DNA from: a virus
Lineage: Duplodnaviria; Caudoviricetes
DNA length: 33,094 bases
Strand: one strand, 5' to 3'
Virus record (IMG/VR): IMGVR_UViG_3300022752_000237
Span: 1-33,094 of that record
Shown: positions 17,372 to 25,487 of the stretch, piece after piece
Position numbering within the stretch: position 1 is the first letter of the stretch
Layout: every line of letters starts with the position of its first letter
Notes under the pieces: model-generated
Databases searched by the model: none
What the model was told of the DNA's origin: nothing
Seen by the model: only the letters and a program-made list of their open reading frames with translations
Translations under genes and position numbers: made by a program

Positions 17372-17386
17372 ATGAAAGGTATAAGG
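17372..17386 (+). promoter_or_regulatory. Conserved leader ATGAAAGGTATAAGG (copy 1)
   Basis: Matches the copies at 20211 and 24144. In frame with the ATG at 17390. Confidence 0.7.
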
Positions 17387-20194
17387 TTCATGGCTAAAAA
17401 TCAAGTTATTTATAATGTTGAAGATTTATTTATTGGGCCATGTCCAGCAAGTGGTAATCATTTTATTAATTATTCTGGAGGTTTGAATAATAATCATGAA
17501 GATTTTCCTTATGTAACCTATGAGAACTTTCAGCATATTAGCCCAAATCCAGCGGTTATAAATGCTGTTATACCTAAAGATAAAAATCAAAATACTTTTC
17601 CAAGAAATCATAATCTTTTAAAAAGATTAGATAGAATACAAAATATATCTTATGACATATCAACAAATCGAACAATTATAAATCAAATTGGTAAAGCCGC
17701 GTCTGTCGATAGAATACATTTAAATAAACCTCAAGTAAACGTTTCGTTTTCTTATATACTCTCCTCATTAAGAAATGAAGCTAGAATGGGATTTAATATA
17801 AATCACCCAAGATTAGATTATCCATATACAGGAGATAAGTATCATTATAGAACTGATAATGGAGATCCTCTTTTTTTATTTTCTGGATTTTTAAATAGAG
17901 ATTATTCAAAAAGTTACCCTCAACTTTCTAGTCGTGGAGAAGGAATTGGAGTTGGTTCTCCATGTTTTGAATATATACAACCAGCTCAAAGTCCAAATCC
18001 AAATATTGTTTCTTCTAATGTTCCATTTTATGTTGGTAAAAATATAAACCCAATTATACAATTTGAAAATATAAATAATATAGATATCGCAGCAGGTGTT
18101 TATCATTCGTTTTTAATAAGAAATAGTGGAATTGTTACTGGTTGGGGCGATAATACAGAAGGCCAGTTAACAAACAATTTAGATTATAATGATGCAAATG
18201 GACAATTTACAGGAAATTGGAATGATACTGCTATAGGTAAATTAACTAGCATTAAAAAAATTAGCACAAATTATTTACATACTTTAGCTATACTTTCTGA
18301 TGATAAAATTACTGGTTGGGGAGCAAATGACGAGGGCCAAGCAGTTGGAACAACTGGATATAATGATGCTAATTATTTGTTTACTGGAAATTGGAGTAAT
18401 ACTCCAATAAGTAATATTACTGGTGCGAGTGGAATAAGCGCAGGAGCATATCATTCATTAGCTTTATTAAAAAATAAAACAATAACTGGTTGGGGAGATG
18501 ATAGCTCTGGACAAGCTCTTGGTGGAAATAATTTAACTGGAATTATTGGTATTTCTGCAGGAGGATATCATTCTTTGGCAATTAGAAATATAAGTGGAGG
18601 AATGGTGACTGGTTGGGGAGATAATGATTATCTTCAATCCTCGCATGGAAATAATTTAACTGGCGTAAGAATAGTAAGTGCTGGTCATTTACATTCATTT
18701 GCTCTTTTAAATAATGGAAGAGTTACTGGATGGGGTTGGAATGATGATGGTCAAGTTGCAGGGGTAAGAAATTTAAATAATGCTAGCGGAATATTTACTG
18801 GAAATTGGAATAATACTCCAGTTGGACAATTAACTGGAGTAAAATCAATTCATGCAGGATGGTTTCATACTCTTGCACTTTTAGAAAACAATAAAATTAC
18901 TGGTTGGGGATTTAATAACGTTGGACAAATAAGTGAAAATATTTCTTATAACGATTCAAATGGAATATTTACTGGAAATTGGAACTCTACAATCGTTGGA
19001 TCTTTCCAAAATGTTACAAATATTGATACAAGTTATCAAACCTCTCTAGCTTATATACAAGCTAATAAAAATGAAATTACTGGATGGGGAGAAGAAGATG
19101 TTGATTATGATTTGATTAATAATCAATTTATTACTAATCCTTCAGAATATAATGAATATGATTGTATAACAACAGACCCATATTGGCCATTAACAACTAA
19201 AGATAAAAGAAATATTTTTATTTCAATTTCTGAAGATAAAGAAAATCAAAATTTAAATCTATATGAAGATTTTTCAAATGCAGATGATCAAACTTTTATA
19301 GCTAGAAGTGCTGATAAAAAATCTAAAACAGATAGAACTATAGGATTTGGAAATTGTTATCTTGCATCTTATAATCAAAGCGCTTCTGTTGGGAGTTTTA
19401 TAACTGCAGAAGTTAATTATATTGGTGAAAATATGTTATTTCAAATGAGCGGAAGTGGAGTAAATACTCCATATGTTAATCCAAAAACTTACGAAACAAA
19501 TACTGGTATAAAATTTAATATACCTTCTGAACTTGATTCAAAAAATCCAATAGCTGCTCTTCAACCAGGAGATATTAATATGAATATCAATAGCTCTGGA
19601 TATGGATTAAATTTAAATGATGTAAAAATACAAGGTTATCAATTTGGTTTTGAATTTAATAGAGAAAATATGGATGCTATTGGATACAAACTTCCAATTG
19701 ATAGAGAGATTAATCTTCCATTAATAATTAATCTTTCAGTAGATATGATTGTTGGTGATCAACAATATGATGATCTTGCAAGTTTAATTAGAGAAGATGC
19801 AGATTATAATATTTCTATATCTTGTAAAAATAGTTGCGTTTATGATCCTAATTTTACTTGGACTGGGCAAAATCAATCTAGTAAATTTGAAAAAAGATTT
19901 GAAAATGCTTTTAATTATCAATTTTTTAATTGTAAATTTGATGGAATCTCCTATGCAAATCAAATTGGCGCAAGAAAAACTGCTAAGTTAAATTTTACAA
20001 CAGAAGTCGATACTGAAAATTACAATAAAGGAATGCAAGCTTCTGGTATTTTAGGAATTGAAAAAATAGAAGACTTTATATTAATTGAAAGTGGAAATCT
20101 ACCTGCATTACCAGGAGCGAATGTTACAGATGGAAGTTATATACTACAAGAAGACAATGATCTTTTAGTTAGCAATCTTCAAGTATTATACTAA
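17372..20194 (+). CDS. Virion protein: tail-tube-like beta-rich scaffold with an inserted 7-bladed RCC1-like propeller
   Basis: Seven 'ISAG.YHS.AL...G.VTGWG.N..GQ'-type repeats at about 18070-19100. The flanks contain a duplicated 'IQ...(Y/F)....NR..I..IG.....DR....P' motif. An alternative start is the ATG at 17390. Confidence 0.65.
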   Translation: MKGIRFMAKNQVIYNVEDLFIGPCPASGNHFINYSGGLNNNHEDFPYVTYENFQHISPNPAVINAVIPKDKNQNTFPRNHNLLKRLDRIQNISYDISTNRTIINQIGKAASVDRIHLNKPQVNVSFSYILSSLRNEARMGFNINHPRLDYPYTGDKYHYRTDNGDPLFLFSGFLNRDYSKSYPQLSSRGEGIGVGSPCFEYIQPAQSPNPNIVSSNVPFYVGKNINPIIQFENINNIDIAAGVYHSFLIRNSGIVTGWGDNTEGQLTNNLDYNDANGQFTGNWNDTAIGKLTSIKKISTNYLHTLAILSDDKITGWGANDEGQAVGTTGYNDANYLFTGNWSNTPISNITGASGISAGAYHSLALLKNKTITGWGDDSSGQALGGNNLTGIIGISAGGYHSLAIRNISGGMVTGWGDNDYLQSSHGNNLTGVRIVSAGHLHSFALLNNGRVTGWGWNDDGQVAGVRNLNNASGIFTGNWNNTPVGQLTGVKSIHAGWFHTLALLENNKITGWGFNNVGQISENISYNDSNGIFTGNWNSTIVGSFQNVTNIDTSYQTSLAYIQANKNEITGWGEEDVDYDLINNQFITNPSEYNEYDCITTDPYWPLTTKDKRNIFISISEDKENQNLNLYEDFSNADDQTFIARSADKKSKTDRTIGFGNCYLASYNQSASVGSFITAEVNYIGENMLFQMSGSGVNTPYVNPKTYETNTGIKFNIPSELDSKNPIAALQPGDINMNINSSGYGLNLNDVKIQGYQFGFEFNRENMDAIGYKLPIDREINLPLIINLSVDMIVGDQQYDDLASLIREDADYNISISCKNSCVYDPNFTWTGQNQSSKFEKRFENAFNYQFFNCKFDGISYANQIGARKTAKLNFTTEVDTENYNKGMQASGILGIEKIEDFILIESGNLPALPGANVTDGSYILQEDNDLLVSNLQVLY

Positions 20195-20200
20195 TTTTAC

Positions 20201-20234
20201 GTGTAAATTTATGATAGGTAAAAGGAAAAATTAA
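20201..20234 (+). promoter_or_regulatory. GTGTAA plus leader ATGATAGGTAAAAGG (copy 2); mini-ORF MIGKRKN* whose stop overlaps the main ATG
   Basis: gtgtaa attt ATG ATA GGT AAA AGG AAA AAT TAA/TG. Confidence 0.7.
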
Positions 20235-23200
20235 TGGCGAACAAGAAAATATCTCAGTTATTCGAAAATCCATATCCAAAAACAGGGGATATTTTTCCTA
20301 TAGTTCAAGATGGAGTTACATATAAAGTAACTCTTGATAATTTAAATAGACTAGCTAATGATCAATATTTTGTTACTCAAAATTTAGATCCATATATTCT
20401 TGATGATTTAAGTAATCGTTATGGTAGATATAGATTTATTAGCGGAAACTTAATGATAAGTGGAAAAGGTAGTGATGCTCGTCTTCCTCATATTGGATCT
20501 TGCGTTCTTAGGCTTTACGATGGAAATTTTATATTAAATGGTTCTGGAATAATTTCTGGTCTTAATTCTGGAGTAACAGATCTTGGCCATACAAATAATA
20601 CAAGAGGATTATATGCTATAACCATTGGGCAATTTAATGTTAATACTGGAACAAGAAATGAAATATTTGGTTCTAGAAATAACGCAACTGGTGTTGATAT
20701 AAAAGTATTTGGTGATTTAAATAATGTGCTTGGAAATAATGATAGAATTTTTAGTACTGGAAATTTTGTTAGCGGAAGCGATATCACAATTGTTGGAGAA
20801 AATAATTATATCACTGGATCAGATCATCATGTTCATGGTCACGATAATACATTAAACTCAAATGATGTAAAAATATTTGGTAATTATAATAGTGGCTTTC
20901 TTTTTTCTACTGGATCATTTATTGTAGGAAAACATAACTTTGTTGGTAATGCAACTGAGGCAGGGGCAAACTCATTGGTATATGGAGATTACAATAAAGT
21001 AAGTGGAAAAAATACTTTAGTTTATGGAAGAAATAATTTAATTAAAATAAAAAGCGGCGCGCTTGAAAAAATTTCTGTTTATGGTTTAGAAAATAACGTT
21101 AGTGGAATTGAAGTTGATGTTTATGGAAGATTAAATTTAAACTCTGGATTAACAAATCAAATTTATGGTCATAGTAATACTGGATATGGTGATATAAATT
21201 TTGTAGCAGGAACTTATAATAGAATACAAAAACCAAGTGTTGAAAATCATATCTATGGAGATTATAATATATTAACAAGAGGGAGTGGAAATTTTGTTGT
21301 AGGAAGAAGAAATGAAGCTTCAGCAAATACTTCTGATTTAGTTGGAGAATGTATATTTGTTTCTGGAACTGGCAATTGGGTTGGAGGAAAAGATTCTAAT
21401 GTTACTGGAATTGATATAGTCTCTCTTGGTAAAGATATTAACATAACTCATTATGGAAATTTCTCAAATGTAGTTGGAAGAGGAAATACAATCAATGGAA
21501 GTGGATACTATTCTGATGTTTATGGAAGTGATAATTTAAATAGTGGATTTAAAGCTATTATTGTTGGTAAAAATAATATTAATAGTTTAAAAAGTTCTGA
21601 AACAACAATAGTTGGAAGAATCAATGAGTCCTATAATGAAAAACAAGTTATAGTTGGTGAAAGAAATATAGCTACTGCGCCAAGATCTTATACAGTTGGA
21701 CAAAATAATGATAATAATGGAACTAGTGGCTATATATTTGGAGAAGAAAATTTAATAGGAAATAATAGTGATTTAGGAAATAGTAAAAATTTTAATTCTT
21801 ATATTATAGGAAGAAGTAATGCTAGTTATTCTAATTCAGATGGTAATGAATCAAGTAATGTTTATATTTTTGGTTTAAGTAATTTAAACGGAATAGCTAA
21901 TAGTAATAATTATATTATTGGTAATGCTAATGGTATAAGTGATTATAGCGCTAATAATATATCAATTGGATATAGTAATGATATTAGTGAAGAAGGAGAT
22001 AATCTTAATATTTTTGGAAGAAATAATGTTTCACAAGCTAATGGTGATTCAACTATAGTAGGAAAATCAAATATCTTCTATGATGGCACTGGAGATTATA
22101 TTTTTGGTCAAGAGAATGTAATAGGTAATAATAATAATACATATCGAGCAAGTGTTTTTGGATCTGCAAATACTATAGATGGTAACGATTCTGCAACTTA
22201 TGGATATAATAATACTGTTACCACAACTTCTACTCGGTCTCATATTTTTGGTTTAGGTAATACTTCTTCTGGTGCAGATGCAGTAATAGTTGGCAGTGGA
22301 AACAGAAATAGTGGCCTTAATAGTATGGTCGTTGGATATGGAAATATTAATACTTTAAGTGGATCAAATAGTAATATTTTTGGAAGAGGAAATGTTAGTA
22401 GTGCAAATAGAGCTAGTATTTATGGTAGTGGAAATATAGTAAGTGCAAATGACTCAGCCACTTTTGGTTATGGAAATACAATAAATTCTAAAGCAACTAA
22501 AGCTCATACATTAGGTTTGTTAAATACAAATAATACTCCTGATGGCTATGTATTTGGAAAAAGCAATATTGCTACTGGAACTGATTCATATACTCTTGGA
22601 AAATCAAATACTAATAATGGCACTACTACTCATGTGGATGGAAGAGATAATACAATCCAAAGTACAGTATCTAATTCTAGAGTAAATGGTAATTCAAATA
22701 CAATAGAGGGCGGCGCTGGTGGTGGAACAACTAAAGCTGGTATATTTGGAAATAGTAATTTATTAAAAAGCAATAATCCTTACAATGGAAATGATTCTAA
22801 TTCATTTATATATGGAAATAATTCAAATGTTTATGGATATGAATCTTATTCTTATGGAAATAACAATACTATACAAAGTGGTTCAAATTATACTGATATT
22901 TTTGGTTCATATAATTTTGCAAACATGGATGAAGAAAATGATTTTTCAGTTTATGGAACTGTTATTTTTGGAAAAGCAAATACTTTTAAAACTGGAATAG
23001 ACAATGGAATATACGGTTCATCAAATCAAATTTCTCAAAGTAATTACGCTTTTGTATATGGAAGAGGAAATATAGTACCAAGTGGTTTAACTAATGTTGT
23101 TGTATTAGGAAAAGAAATCACTATACCAAAAAGTGGCAATGCTGGATATAAACTGAATAGAAATAATATGGATAATGCCGTACAAATCGGCGCAAATAAT

Positions 23201-24139
23201 TCTGGAAAAATAACAATTTTAGCTAATGGAAATATTGCAATCGGAACTAGCGGAACGTTACCATTTGAAAATCCTCAAGAACTATTACATGTAAGAAGTG
23301 GAAATGTTTTATTTGATGCAACTGAAGGTGGATATTTTAAATTCTATGATAAAAATCAATATGACAATATTCCAGATAATCCATCTGAAGTTAATCAACC
23401 TGGAGATATAAGAGCAATAGTATCTGGAGGAAACTTTAAAATAGATGGTGATCTAATTCTTTCTACTGGAATTGGAGAAACTGGACAATTCTTAAAAGGC
23501 AGAATATTCCAAGAAGCATTTACTAGAAATCTAGATGGTAGCATGTGGTGTTATACACCATCTGACCTTCAAGGAAATTGTACTAATGCAAGTGCAAATC
23601 CATATGGCAATACTACAGAAAATATAACTGGTACTGATGGGACAACTTATACTCATAAAGTTGGTTTATGGCAACCATATGGATTTGATTTAGGTTGGGA
23701 TACTATTGGAAGTCCAACTATAAATTATGCTAGTGGTTATGTAAGCGGATTTATAACTCCTATTTCTATAAAAGATGGAGCAATAGCAAAACCAGATTTT
23801 TGTAATGGAGATTGTAATTTCGATTATCAACCTCATGAAGTAGGCAGAATAAGTGGATTAGCCACAACCTTCCTAGACGGTAATCCAACTTCAGCAATTA
23901 TAACTGGTAGATATACTCTTATAAATACCCCAATAATGAAAACTACTAATTTATATTTACCACCAGTAACTCAAAATAGTGGCGTATTATATACTGTGAA
24001 AAATCTAGGAAAAGGTAATATTATGGTTTTTGCTACTGGTTCAGAAAAAATAGACTTATTCTTTACTGGATTTATGATAGATCAAAGATTTGCTAGTTAT
24101 GAATTTTTAAGTAATGGAAGTGGCTGGTTTTTGGTGTAA
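20234..24139 (+). CDS. Long tail fibre/adhesin with roughly 14-residue G-x-x-N beta-roll repeats (YadA-head-like)
   Basis: N-terminal 'MANKKISQL...DIFPIVQDGVTYKVT', dozens of '(I/V)(F/Y/V)GxxN' repeats, 'GNIAIGT...P..LLHV', and a C-terminal 'LYLPP...G..YTVKN' domain. Confidence 0.75.
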   Translation: MANKKISQLFENPYPKTGDIFPIVQDGVTYKVTLDNLNRLANDQYFVTQNLDPYILDDLSNRYGRYRFISGNLMISGKGSDARLPHIGSCVLRLYDGNFILNGSGIISGLNSGVTDLGHTNNTRGLYAITIGQFNVNTGTRNEIFGSRNNATGVDIKVFGDLNNVLGNNDRIFSTGNFVSGSDITIVGENNYITGSDHHVHGHDNTLNSNDVKIFGNYNSGFLFSTGSFIVGKHNFVGNATEAGANSLVYGDYNKVSGKNTLVYGRNNLIKIKSGALEKISVYGLENNVSGIEVDVYGRLNLNSGLTNQIYGHSNTGYGDINFVAGTYNRIQKPSVENHIYGDYNILTRGSGNFVVGRRNEASANTSDLVGECIFVSGTGNWVGGKDSNVTGIDIVSLGKDINITHYGNFSNVVGRGNTINGSGYYSDVYGSDNLNSGFKAIIVGKNNINSLKSSETTIVGRINESYNEKQVIVGERNIATAPRSYTVGQNNDNNGTSGYIFGEENLIGNNSDLGNSKNFNSYIIGRSNASYSNSDGNESSNVYIFGLSNLNGIANSNNYIIGNANGISDYSANNISIGYSNDISEEGDNLNIFGRNNVSQANGDSTIVGKSNIFYDGTGDYIFGQENVIGNNNNTYRASVFGSANTIDGNDSATYGYNNTVTTTSTRSHIFGLGNTSSGADAVIVGSGNRNSGLNSMVVGYGNINTLSGSNSNIFGRGNVSSANRASIYGSGNIVSANDSATFGYGNTINSKATKAHTLGLLNTNNTPDGYVFGKSNIATGTDSYTLGKSNTNNGTTTHVDGRDNTIQSTVSNSRVNGNSNTIEGGAGGGTTKAGIFGNSNLLKSNNPYNGNDSNSFIYGNNSNVYGYESYSYGNNNTIQSGSNYTDIFGSYNFANMDEENDFSVYGTVIFGKANTFKTGIDNGIYGSSNQISQSNYAFVYGRGNIVPSGLTNVVVLGKEITIPKSGNAGYKLNRNNMDNAVQIGANNSGKITILANGNIAIGTSGTLPFENPQELLHVRSGNVLFDATEGGYFKFYDKNQYDNIPDNPSEVNQPGDIRAIVSGGNFKIDGDLILSTGIGETGQFLKGRIFQEAFTRNLDGSMWCYTPSDLQGNCTNASANPYGNTTENITGTDGTTYTHKVGLWQPYGFDLGWDTIGSPTINYASGYVSGFITPISIKDGAIAKPDFCNGDCNFDYQPHEVGRISGLATTFLDGNPTSAIITGRYTLINTPIMKTTNLYLPPVTQNSGVLYTVKNLGKGNIMVFATGSEKIDLFFTGFMIDQRFASYEFLSNGSGWFLV

Positions 24140-24163
24140 TAAAATGAAAGGTAAAAGGTAACT
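24134..24163 (+). promoter_or_regulatory. GTGTAA (last codon plus stop of the upstream gene) and leader ATGAAAGGTAAAAGG (copy 3); mini-ORF MKGKR*
   Basis: gtgtaa taaa ATG AAA GGT AAA AGG TAA ct ATG. Confidence 0.7.
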
Positions 24164-25459
24164 ATGTCTTATATTCCAGAATATCATGAGAATTACTATA
24201 GAGTAGAGGGAACAGCTTTTAATCAAGGCAAAATTGGTATTGGTACAATTAATCCAGTACAATTATTGCATGTAAGTGGTGGAAATTTCAGATTAGATGG
24301 AACTGGATATGTTAATGGTGACCTTAATGTTACTGGAAATTTAAATGTATATGGAACTACTGCTCAATTTGCAGTATCTCAAGTTATTGCTGAAGATAAA
24401 AATCTTGAACTTAATGTACAAACTGGTGCTTCTATCGGTGGAGGAGATTATAGTACTGTCGGTTTCTCGGATGATGCTGGAGCAGATTTTGGTGGATTAA
24501 TATTAAAGACTACAAGTACGGTAGATACACGAGGAGTAAAAGATAAACATATTGTATATAAAACTTCAACTCCTGCTAGTGGTTGGGTTTCTAATTTAAG
24601 ATGGAATGTAAGTGGAAATTATGGAAAAGATACTTTAAATTTAACTGATACTACAGCTGACGTTGGAATGACTATTGGTGGAGATTGTACTCTTTATCGT
24701 TCTGGTTCAAACGTTTTATCTACCGATGATCGTTTTGGAATTACTTTAGATGGCGGAAAAAATACTTTACATTTAAGTAATACAAATGCTAATGTTGGAA
24801 TGACAATCGCTCATGATACAAATCTTTATCGTTCCGCCGCAAATACTTTAAAAACAGATGATAATTTAACTGTAGATATAGATTTAACTGTAAATGGAAA
24901 TTCAACTCTAGGAGATGCTACATCTGATACAATTACTTTTAATGCAAGAGCAAATACAGATTTACTGCCATCTACTCCGAATGCTAGAGCTTTAGGAAGT
25001 TCTGCTCTTCCATGGTCAAACGTTTTTACTAATACATTGCAAGTCGCTGCAAATAGTACACTAACAGGAAATTTAAATGTTAATGGAAATACTAACTTAG
25101 GTGATGCTTATGCAGATCAAATTTTAATAACTGGAAAGTTTTTAAGAGGTATTGTTACTTCCAGTGGAGCAGGAGTAACTACACAAGCTAGTTCAACTAC
25201 AATTGCTAGTGATAAAGTTATTGTAACTGGGGCTGGAGTAGCAAATGGAGCTTTAACTCTTCCTGCAGCTATAGCTGGTATGGAAGTAGAAATTAGAAAT
25301 AGATTTAATTTAGGAATTAGTGTTTACGCAAATCCTGGAACAGATAGAATATTTGATAGTGGATTTCTTATAGCTAATGGGAACCCAATTGTATTAAATA
25401 GTGGAAATAATAGAAATTTCCTATGTGCTCCATCTGGTGGAATTAATATTTGGTTTTAA
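24164..25459 (+). CDS. Tail-fibre-like protein
   Basis: 'GKIGIGT.NP..LLHVSGG', 'GDL.V.GNL.V.GT', an internal ~46-aa duplication ('GK.TL.L..T.A.VGMTI..D..LYRS..N.L.TDD'), and a C-terminal 'TLPAA.AG....IRN' domain. Confidence 0.7.
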   Translation: MSYIPEYHENYYRVEGTAFNQGKIGIGTINPVQLLHVSGGNFRLDGTGYVNGDLNVTGNLNVYGTTAQFAVSQVIAEDKNLELNVQTGASIGGGDYSTVGFSDDAGADFGGLILKTTSTVDTRGVKDKHIVYKTSTPASGWVSNLRWNVSGNYGKDTLNLTDTTADVGMTIGGDCTLYRSGSNVLSTDDRFGITLDGGKNTLHLSNTNANVGMTIAHDTNLYRSAANTLKTDDNLTVDIDLTVNGNSTLGDATSDTITFNARANTDLLPSTPNARALGSSALPWSNVFTNTLQVAANSTLTGNLNVNGNTNLGDAYADQILITGKFLRGIVTSSGAGVTTQASSTTIASDKVIVTGAGVANGALTLPAAIAGMEVEIRNRFNLGISVYANPGTDRIFDSGFLIANGNPIVLNSGNNRNFLCAPSGGINIWF

Positions 25460-25466
25460 TATTTAG

Positions 25467-25487
25467 TCTAATTTAATTTAAATTAGA
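25467..25487. terminator. AT-rich perfect inverted repeat between convergent genes (possible bidirectional terminator or protein-binding site)
   Basis: TCTAATTTAA-T-TTAAATTAGA, overlapping the portal stop codon. Confidence 0.4.

Noticed and set aside
17079-23000. Short ORFs 17079..17261, 17426..17611, 17906..18106, 19797..19991, 20515..20787, 21099..21326, 21262..21444 and 22785..23000
   Set aside because: Shadow or off-frame ORFs fully inside long, motif-supported CDSs.
17325-25487. Site-specific invertible segment (Gin/Cin or shufflon-like)
   Set aside because: No matching long inverted repeats between the two junctions, and no recombinase in the window.
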